Shown here piece by piece: positions 10,504 through 20,000 of a stretch of 20,000 bases of DNA. This DNA comes from Atractiella rhizophila (Eukaryota), in NCBI GenBank assembly GCA_021432655.1, contig MU271194.1, positions 60,412 to 80,411 on the forward strand. The letters run 5' to 3'. The notes under the pieces are model-generated. The model saw nothing but the letters and a program-made list of their open reading frames with translations. It was not told where the DNA came from and ran no database searches. How positions within the stretch are numbered: the first letter of the stretch is position 1; the number at the start of each line of letters is the position of its first letter. A program made the translations under genes and the position numbers.

Positions 10504-13500
10504 TTAATCGTCATCAAGTTGCGTTAAGTCGATAAAAACGGGATTTGTTCGCCCGCTGCCGCCAATGTCAATAAGTCCCTCGTCTTCGCCTTTAACCAGG
10601 AAACCATCGTCTCTGGCAAACTTTTCCCACTCGTCCGCGAGACTCTTTTCTGCCACCCTCTCCGCCTGAATAAACATATTCATCCTAGTCTCACACCAGG
10701 TCTTTACGGGCATGAAGGGTCGCGACTTTGCTTTCCTCCCTGTCAGAGCTAGAATTTGATCGTTCTCCTCGACTGCTATGGAAGGTGAAGGATAAAATCT
10801 TCCTGCTATAGACGTTATAGGGAGAGTGTGCTGCTTCCCAGCAGGGGTGAGAGGAAAGAAAGTATGCTCGGGTGGAGGAGGAGGAAAGAGATCTTGTGGA
10901 GGAGGAAGATGACAATCTTGCGTCGGTCGAATGTCGTAAACCGTCCCAGATACTTTAATCTGCTTTGCTTCTGGGTCTAAGAAGATGGCATCAAGCTTCA
11001 GAATGAGACCATTAGAATACAAGTGTGGTTTGAATTCAAAAGCTGTGGTTGAAGATAGGTCCCATCGCGGCCGGAACTTCAAGCGAACGAGCTCGCCAAC
11101 CCATATCTTCTCTGCCCCGTACCACATGCCTTGGAAAAACTTCGATGGGATAGTTTCTTTCACCCGATCTGACGGCACACTCTGAACAGACGCAAGAGAC
11201 TGTCCTTTGTTTACTACGTCGTAAGGATCAAAGAGGTGGAAGAGGCGACTAGTATTGGTGCCGATGGAAAGGGCGAGAAGATAAGGGAGATGGGCATCCT
11301 TCAGGCTCTGCAATTGTCGTATCACAGGTCGTTGATGCTTCGCGCTAGGGTCAGCGATCCACGGTACAGCATGCGAGGGCCCATAGTCGACATTTTTCTC
11401 CGCCAGCAGGCGTTGATAAGGTTGCGCAAGCCATGGTAGAAGTAACGAGCCGTGGACCGATTCTACGGTGTCGGTCCCAACCAGGAGCATTACCGTGAAA
11501 ACGTATTCTCCTTTCACTTTGATCTCCTGCGAACTACCATAGACTGTTGACGGTTCAAGGTGCGCTATGGCTTTCCACTTTCTCTCCTTCACAATTGCTG
11601 GCCAATAACTGATCTCAAGGTCTCCTTCTCGAAAAGGAATCTGCAACCGTAACCACACAAGCTCGAAGGGTCGAAAAGTCGGGCTGAAACCTTCTCTACG
11701 CCAGTCTAAATCCTTAATTCGTTCCAGCGAGACAAAAGGGCCAGGGTAAAGGTCGAACTCCTCCTTTGGTGGCACGTAGACAGCGAAACTTTCTTCGACT
11801 TGGACACGTTTCCTCTTGCGCCGTGCTGGAACATTGTTGCTGAGAACCGAACCCAGTGCTACAGTTCGAGGGCTTTCCTCCAGACCAAGTTGGCGATTGA
11901 CTTCGCGCTGAAGCTTCTTGCCCGCGCAATACTTGCATTCACAAATCTTGATGGTACCTGGTGGTCGATGCGTAGCAAGCCAATAAAGATGTGGAGCAAA
12001 CTCGTTTGCTGAACGGAACTTTGGAATCTTTTTTGGACCTGTAACAAAATAATTGAACGCCAGAAAGGAGTAGGGTAAGGGACTCACCGAAGAGGTAAAC
12101 ATCACGACGATCTTTCTGCGTACTGCTCCCCATCTCTTTGACATGTTCAAAGAGTTTGTATCCAGGTGGCCACTCTACCGTCCATTGCCGATTCTCGTCT
12201 ACAGCCCCATTGATGACTATGGATGGGAGCATGAGAAGGCTCACCAAGCTTCAACAAGCGGGCGAGCTCGTTACCTAACTTGTTTTTCCAAGTTGTCTCC
12301 CTTTTCAAACCTTCGAGCGGTCTATGCCAATCAATCAACCCGTTCCTATCTCGCCTTTCGGTCGTATCTGTTGGCCACATGTGGTCCGTCCCATCAGAAT
12401 TCCTGACGATAAGTATGCAACGGTGGCTCTCGTCATCGACGATTGTGGTCGTAAACAGTTCTTCATCGTCGTTGACTTGGTTTATCAATCGATCTGTGGA
12501 AGGATGTGCACGGGCGGGTAGGGGGGCGATCAAGCGAGGCTGATCATTGTCCGTCTCCAACTCATCTTCTTCAGAGGTATCCTTGTTGACAAGTGGTTTT
12601 TCCTCTGACTGATCTAACTGCATCGCAGCTAAGCTCTCAGCTTCAGTCTCCGTCGGCTCCTCTGACGCCCCACTCTTGTCCTGTCTCGCTTCGACATGGG
12701 GCCAATTGGTGTCTGCACCGCTGAATCCATCGGTAGAGGGGTGTGACGCAGGATGCTGGTTGTTAGAGGTTGAAGCGCTCGCATCGGGGAGGCCAGGCTT
12801 CGATGAACGTAGCGGTGCGGAAGGATTATCATCCTGGTTTGCTGCTGCAGCTCCAGCACCTGAGAGCTGGCTGAAAGAGTTGAGGCGTGCGTTAGATTGT
12901 CCTCCGGTCGATTTTCGGCATGTAGAAGCCAATTTCCTATGGCGCGGGACGGTTGATGGGTCAATAACAAGAGCACGGGGAACTGGGGCACTTTGGTGTG
13001 ACAAGTTGGTGGAGTCCCGGAGCCAGGACATTGCACCTGCAGATTTTGCCGCCAGGGTAGGCAGCGAGATGTTATCCGCTCTGGAAGCTAATTGTGCTTC
13101 TCTGTTTGTCCCCCCTCCCTCACTTAAAATCGAAGTCGTAGCTTCCTGCGGATGGGAAGCATCGTGCGAATTGGATGATGACGAAACTTTTCCTGTAGCC
13201 AACTCGTTCGCTTTTGGTTGTATTCGATATGTGACGGTCCTTTCATTCGGTTCTTGGCGTGACGGGGAAGGGTCAGTACGGTGAGGGTCCACATCCATGT
13301 TCGCAGGAGGACGCTGCGACATGGTTGTAGAGAACCCTAGAAGCTGTTGAGCGCTCTGGCTGCGCCTCGATCCCCCCGAGAGCAGCATTTGCTTCGCCCT
13401 TAGCATTTGGCGGCGCTCACCTGCAGCGCCAGGTGGGACTGGTGGCTGACGAATTGAATCACTGGCAGTGGCTGGTTCGTCGGAGGGTACGTCTGGACGG

Positions 13501-14785
13501 TTGGCAGAGTCATCGGTGCATTTGGTGAGTGAAGAAGACGTGGGAGATTCTCTGGAAGACGACGCGCTGGGATCGCTGCAGGAAGAGTTAGGAGCGTTAA
13601 ATGACACCGTTGATGTTCTTCTCATGGAGGGAACACCCTATTCATGATTCATGTCTCTCAGTATTGCTCTCTTGGAAATACGAATAGGCGTCTACACACC
13701 GCAGGAAGCTGCCTCTCCTTCCTTTCCCTCTCCCGCTTCGCTCGAAAACCTTCCAATGAATTTTCCGATGCGCTTGCTGCAGGCGTACCACCTCTTATTT
13801 GGTCTGCAGCGCTCACCTCTATCGTCGCCGCGCCACTTTTTCCTTCAGCAGTGACTTCTTTCTTCTTCCATCGCGAGAGTAGGTATCTATCGAAACGTGC
13901 CTGTGCCTTCGCGAGTGTCCTTTCTGCCTCCTTCGCGCTATGTTCAGCCGCCGACTTTATCATCCTCGCCATCTCCATTTGATTACTCAGCGTCTCCCTT
14001 TCAGCTTCAAGGGTTTGTAGACTGAGTTCCGTAAGTTTAAGCTTCGCATCTGGCATGCTACCATCATCCGTCGATGTCCTCTCCTGCTTGTCAAACAGAT
14101 TTAGCAACGGTGGATCCTTAACCATGGACCTCCTTCCCTGATTGCTCTCTCCGTCCTCATTGTCGGAAAGGGCCCGTCCTTTTCCCTTCCAGCGACTCTC
14201 AATAGAAGTCGAGGCCGAATGCTCATGGCTCGGTCCACCACCACTAGGGTAGCCATCAAGAGCATTCATAGAGATCTTCTTCGGTGCGGGAACAATAGCG
14301 AGTTCGTCTATGTCCTCATCGTCCACATTCGGAGAAGTGTGAGCATGATGCGCAAGGAATTCCAAGAGTGTGGAAGACTGAGGAAGCGAAGTGGAAGTCA
14401 AAGGATCCGAGAAGGAAGATGGATTTCGAGGGTTTTGTGATGAAGACGCTCGAGAGGAAACTGACTGGAAGAGAGTCGGACGTATCTGAGGGTGCACGGG
14501 ATGGTGCCACTTGATGGCAGAGGTCGTCGTCGTATCTGGTAGCGTATGTAAAGTAGAACTTGCTGGGCTTGAAGTCTTGGAGGAAAGAGGAGGACGAGTA
14601 GTGCCAGATCTCGGAGCTCCTCTCGAGGAATATGTGGGTGTCGCGGCTTGCGCTGGCTCATTCAAAGAAGATGTTGACCCAGACTCATATGAGACATCGG
14701 CTCCCCCGGTTCTAGATATAGTCCCCTGTCGAGAGAGATTGGATCGTACATGCGACGAGCTCGTCGATTCAGTGGGGTTACTCAT
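10504..14785 (-). CDS. clr2: Cryptic loci regulator 2 (Clr2)-like heterochromatin/silencing protein with long low-complexity N-terminal extension (~1374 aa, 4 exons)
   Basis: Introns at 13638-13699, 12199-12244 and 12039-12087 join four ORF pieces in frame (4125 nt). Clr2 N-terminal-domain motifs: SDG..WP, WKNKLG, PPGYKLFEH, RRDVYLFG, KFRSANEFAPHLYWL, CECKYC. C-terminal-domain motif: FQGMWYGAEKIWVGELVRLK...IAGRFY. Confidence 0.85.
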
Positions 14786-15187
14786 GCTTGTGGAACTCTG
14801 TTGGTTTGAAGATTGCTCAGTTGATGTTCTACTAAACGCAAGTGGGAGTCAGCATCTACTCGTTATTCATCGAACAAAGATGCAACAGCAGTCGGAGGGA
14901 GTAAGGAAAGAACGGACGCAGGACTTATTGCAGAATGTCTCGAATCAGGCATTGAGCTTTCCTGCCACATGTACCGACTATGATTCACCAGTTGCACTAA
15001 GCGATCGACCTGCCCTATCGTCCTAAAGGTGAGGAACTGAGGAACTGAGCTGAGAATTCTACAATGGCATCAAATGGTGCAGTTAAATGCGGGATAATTA
15101 CGCGTACATTGGATAAGAAAGAGCTACACGCAGTAGAAATGTCTAAATCTATATGAAAGGCAGCTGTAAAACATGCCTGACTTGGAA

Positions 15188-15207
15188 GTTGTTGTTGTTG
15201 TTGTTGT
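15188..15207. repeat. (GTT)6 microsatellite
   Basis: gttgttgttgttgttgttgt is directly visible. Confidence 0.9.
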
Positions 15208-16404
15208 GATCATATTTCAGAGCTTTCAGACTATAGTCAACGTAGCTCTACATTTGGGGGAAGTCACATTTGGAGAAAGTGAAGGATATAGCCGAAACAA
15301 ACTGAACGATGATAGTGTGCCGGGAGGAATGAATCAGCTAATTGTGTGTAAGGTGTAAGTAAAAAGAAGCCCCCTGAATTCCCGTTGAAAAGTAAGACTT
15401 GGAAGTTGCGAGGTTGATTTCCTCATAATCACGTGACCACCGTAGGTCACACAATTACAACGACCAGTTGCGGTTGCTTTCAATGCTTTGGGACCTTGTT
15501 TGAAACGGTTGGATGTGGCGGCTTGGAGCGATGTCTTGAACATTTGAAGTTTTGAAACGGTGACGGGCGACAAGGAGAACTGGATGAGCAGATGAAGTAC
15601 GTGTTCCTCATGTATCTGTGTATTTGTGCGCTTGTCGTAGAGTTGTACCTCGACCACTGTCTGATCAAATCAGACTTTCGTGGACTGACGGCCGTCGTTA
15701 AGCAGTGTTGGGGACAAAGTTAACCAGCTCCAACTTGGAATTGCGTAACTTAAGTTCTTCTGATGGAGCTGATCACTTTCATTCTACTGCTTCGCGCGTA
15801 TCCTTTGAGCAAATCAGTTATCACTGATCATCCTTCTTCAGCTTAGCGAATGCTGACAGGTTAGGAGGTGATTGTGATTACCCTTGGTACCATACCGAAC
15901 AAACATTAATGGTGGAACTTTCAAACTTTTGGATATGTATACATCTCTTTTTTCACTCAAACAGACGATCCACTATTTTGCAATGCAAACGGGATGCGGT
16001 ATTACAGACTGAATTAGCTTGCATCGTTATAACGAATTGTTCGATAACAAATTTCTCAGGCTTAGACTTGATTCCCTTATTCACCTTAGAAGGATGGTCA
16101 CGTATCGCGGGAAGGGGGTGAATGAGTGGGCAATCAGTTTCCTGCTCCATTGTTTAATAAACATTAACATAATTAGGGGAATAAATTCTGAATGTTCCTG
16201 AGACGTTCTGAAGCGTTGGTTTTGCCTCAAAGTGCTCTGTTCATTCAGCCAAGTGCTCTCAGATTTGGGTCAACAGCAAGGGATGTAGAGACATAACATT
16301 CAGGAGTTCTCAATTGGCTAGTAATACATAATCCAAGAAGTCAGAGGAGCGAAACAAACAGAGCACAGTCGAAATAGAGAGAAGGCAAGTAGCAGAATTC
16401 CACC

Positions 16405-17323
16405 TCAAGGGTGACGGCTTGTTACTTCCAAGATTTGCAGAAATTCGGGCAACAACTCTTTCAATCTACACCTTTTCGTATGCTCCCTTAGTTCTGCCGG
16501 ACTCTTCGGGAATGGCGGCAAATCAAGGGGCTCATCGTTCTCTTTGTCTTCCAGACGCTTCTTCTCCACATCCTGAAACCACTTGAACCTTTTGCATTGA
16601 CAGTATCCAGCATAAGAGAAGGCGATACCGTTTACCCAAGCATTGCGTGCGTATCCTCTCGACCATGAGAAGACTTTTGCTCCCCGAAAGAAGACGGTGG
16701 GGTAGATACGGGCAGGGAGGTGGATTTGTGTCGGATCGCACCTTTCAAATTGATTCTCAGCTATCTCTTCTACCCGAGTGCCAACAATTCGAATGAAGGC
16801 GTCTGTTCCTTCTTGAAGGTAGATATAGCCTGGCTCTCGTATAAAGGCTCGTATTTTTTGAGAGAATCTTTCTCGGGGTATAAGCGGTGCAAAAGGAAAC
16901 GGCTCGAGATGAGCATTGCGGCATTGTGCAGCAGAGACAGAATCTTGCCGCTCTTCATTAGGAGTGGAAGCAACTGGCGTCGCGCTGTTGCTGTCAGGGA
17001 TGAGAAATTGGCTTGGAACAGCAGGCATCATAGCCGTTGAGTTGGAGCTAGATGAAGTGAACCAGTCGGATGGCAGTTGACAAGCCAAGCACCACTCTTC
17101 TATAAAATATTCAGTCATTTTTATGAATGAATAACAAACATTATTCACCAGATGTCAATAAACAGGTGGATCCTAATTGATTCAGTATCTTGTTGTAACG
17201 CTCCGCGTCTGGATCTGCGTCTGGATGTGCTTGAAATAGAAGAAGAGGACACTCACCGGTAAAGCGGAGCTGGTTGAATTCGATGACAATATTATCCCAA
17301 GAGGGATGCGGAAAGGTTTCCAT
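16405..17323 (-). CDS. Hypothetical protein (~289 aa, 2 exons)
   Basis: ORFs 17141-17323 and 16405-17148 are joined in frame by a 49-nt intron at 17100-17148 (GTGAAT...CTGAA...TAG). No family recognised. Confidence 0.6.
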
Positions 17324-17380
17324 TTTGAGTTATGTAAGAGTTTTGGCGTATTGCGTTGTGGCTGGTGAAGTGTTCAACAT

Positions 17381-17606
17381 GCTCGTTTTCAGACATACCC
17401 ACTCAGTGTGGGATGTCTGAAGGGAATCAGTTAGCTCTCGTGGATCGCAAGTGTTCGGTGGGCTACAAAACTCGAAAGAACTCAGCTCCCAGAGATAGAT
17501 TGGAAGTGTTCGGTGAGGTGTAGCCCACCGAACACTTGTGATCCACCAGAGCTAGCTGAGTCCCTTTAGACATCCCACACTGTGGGGGTATGAACTGAAA
17601 ACGGGC
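17381..17606. repeat. Long imperfect inverted repeat (MITE-like or hairpin): arms 17381-17467 and 17519-17606, ~51-nt loop
   Basis: The left arm ...GTGTGGGATGTCTGAAGGG...AAGTGTTCGGTGGGCTACA is the reverse complement of the right arm TGTAGCCCACCGAACACTT...CCCTTTAGACATCCCACAC..., with about 10 differences. Confidence 0.9.
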
Positions 17607-19501
17607 GAGCGAGTTACGAGTCTGGTGAGGAAATAATCATTCGTCGATTCTCCATCCACTCAGGCATGATGTTTTGCCAATGATAGTGATGGTGGAAGTA
17701 AGCGAGATGCCAAAGGAATGAAATAAAGAGCGTGCGAAGTTGGCCTATCAGGTTCATGGTGGCGTGGGAGAACGAGCATGCATTCTTTTATCGGCAGTGT
17801 GGAGACAGGCGCAAACGTAGGTGCGTTTGCGCCAATTTACGCGCTTCCTTTGCGTTCTTCGCATCCCTCGTTGCAGCCAGCAATTTCGTGCATGCCCCGT
17901 TGCACCTTCTCTCTACCTCCTCCCAGCATCCTGCCATGACTATACACGTGTACAACCCCAGCCCATTCGCAATCCTCCTTGTCACTAAATATATGCTGGA
18001 ATATCTCAATTTACCATTGCATTGCGAAATCTCCCACAAGTAGAGTCTATAGGAGGATCATGGTATTCTCATCTCAATCCACATGATTGTGCAGGAGACC
18101 ATTAAATGCGACCAGCCTTGTCGAACAACTACGAATGCCACTCTGTCGGCCTATGGTTAAGATCTCAACCGATTGTCCGATCCAATCCCTCTTACCTCCA
18201 CCGTTGCCCCCAGAGATGACCCATCCAGTTTATTCGCACGGACGTTTCTGATAAAAATGGCATCCTCAATTCCTGCCAATATAGTAAAGCGTTCCAATGG
18301 CCTAGGGGCAGTGACTTTCCGAGTCTAGCGAGAGGAGGGTTCGTACGTTTGGAAGAGCAGGAACCTAACTCCACACCTTCAGACTGAGAGCCTTAGGTCA
18401 TTTGCAAGGGAGGCAAGAAGATGGATATGGTGGCGAGGAAAAGCGTAACTCTCTTGTGCGAGAGCATAGAGGTATGGTATCAACTCAGACCTGCGTAGTT
18501 AGATTGCAGAGGTCCTCAGGCAGGCGAGGTCGTTTGGGTTCGGTTTGGACTGCGCATGCCATCCATCAATCGTCGCATGCACAAAATGAAGAGACAGAAG
18601 CGTGTAGAGAAATGATTTTGGAATCCTGAAGAGACAGTGAGTCTATGGTCCGCCTTGTGCACTACGTCGTTAGCAACGGCATAAAAGCGTAGCGGGAGAT
18701 AGGAAACGAGAAGGGGACGATGACTAGAACGGCAATATTGATACTCTAACGCATTAATGGTTTCCAATTCGCACACTTATCTCTGGTTCAGATCGAACAG
18801 AGTTTTGCATATCAGCAGAGTGCGGGAGATGTCTGCCTCTTCGATGCATCGTCGCATCGTCGCTCAGATGGCTCGCCGACGGAATGGCGGATCTTAGGAG
18901 GGGATACAGAGTGTATTCGACATCATTTCTACTGCCGTGATGGTGTTGTGAAACAGAAACCATGGATGAAATCGATACATATCACTTCCTTCTCTGTTGA
19001 TGGCGCGCCTCGTCACGTGTGGAAAAGCGGGCTGCCGTCTCCCCTCTCGAATTCACGCCAACACCTCTTCCACACACCATGTCCTCCCCATTGCCCCTTT
19101 GGACGCCCTCTCCCTCCTCCCCTCCCGCTAAGATCACGGAGTTCCTCAGCTTCGTGAACAAAACTCTCCTCCGTAACATGAGCTCTCTCTTTATGTGAAT
19201 GAGTCGGGTCAAATAGGACCGCGGGACCCTTGGTACCGCCTTACGATAGGTAAGCTTTACACCACAGATCCTGGACTGGTTTATTTTGATACATTCAATA
19301 AGTTATTATCCCCAGTTCTACGTGTACTTCGTTATTTCCTGTTTCTATTCACGGACCACACCGTACTTTGTTATGGAAGGTTTGTTGTTCTAAAGCAGCA
19401 GAGACAGGATTACCTGTGTAGTTAGTGATATTTTGTCTACTGACCGTTAGAGGGCAGGTTAGCGCGGCTTGGCCGCATATGCGTACGGATTCTCTTCGTG
19501 T

Positions 19502-19897
19502 TCAGAAACCTTGACTAAAGTAAGTCTTACCACCCCAGAGAAGGAGATTAAGGAGTTCCTTTATAGTCCAGTCAGAGTCGTGCCCGTGGAACACCGAGGC
19601 AACGACCTTAACAGACTGCAGGTCGGAATGACTAGCCACATCGGTTGCTGTATTTTAGTGTTTCATGGTAAATGTCTGGGTTTTGACCGTCAACGCTTTG
19701 ACAACCCTAAGTTAGTTTCTGATGATCGCTTACTTTACGTCAGTTTTAGTTCCTTTAATCTATACGTAGATTATTTTATATTTGCTTCGTTCGGCATTAT
19801 ACCGTGTTTCGATCGTTTCCGCTGCTTCTCTACTTTCTGCTGCTGTGCTTAGGGTGAATGGACAGGAGGAAAAAGAGACAGCGGTTGTTGTGGGCAT
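19502..19897 (-). pseudogene. Possible decayed ORF with four in-frame TAA/TAG stops
   Basis: ATG at 19897 begins a protein-like frame (MPTTTAVSF...REAAETIETRYNAERSK...DLQSVKVVASVFHGHDSDWTIKELLNLLLWGG) interrupted by 4 stops. The exact antisense frame is open (19469-19852). Confidence 0.35.
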
Positions 19898-20000
19898 TTG
19901 AGGGTATGGCGAGGGGTCTTAGACGGCTAGGGCAGTAGTGACTGCGAGGTAGATACGTCGACGGTTATCAGAAACTCGCCTCCTAGCTCTCGTTTCGCGC

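Noticed and set aside
12676..15026. Plus-strand ORFs of 202, 112 and 171 aa
   Set aside because: Antisense shadows of the Clr2-like CDS.
15030..16400. Short ORFs and a small GAGGAACT tandem as a possible transposase relic
   Set aside because: No DDE, RT or SWIM motif could be recognised on either strand.
17700..18970. Scattered minus-strand ORFs with splice-like signals
   Set aside because: No coherent gene model or family motif could be assembled.
19655..19765. Stop-codon reassignment as the cause of in-frame TAA/TAG
   Set aside because: Neighbouring genes end in TAG, TAA and TGA and have no internal stops.

Overview
Eukaryotic DNA, very likely a basidiomycete fungus (short 43-62 nt GT-AG introns with CTRAC-type branch points). 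Left to right: the 3' end of a protein tyrosine phosphatase, a multi-exon TRM5 tRNA m1G37 methyltransferase, an F-box/LRR gene with a remnant paralog C-terminus beside it, a DnaJ/J-domain gene, a convergent ~1374-aa Clr2-like silencing protein, an orphan two-exon gene behind a ~226-bp inverted repeat, and degenerate coding relics. Three things stand out. (1) The J-domain block of the DnaJ gene (exon1 + ~980-nt intron + exon2) is tandemly triplicated with the same re-entry breakpoint and out-of-frame junctions. (2) The Clr2-like protein carries a histone H3K9-like motif (TCRKSTGG) in a long disordered N-terminal extension, plus a SIM-like C-terminus. (3) The inverted repeat is a long hairpin whose transition mismatches are all G-U compatible on one strand. 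All gene models were built by hand and no database search was run.
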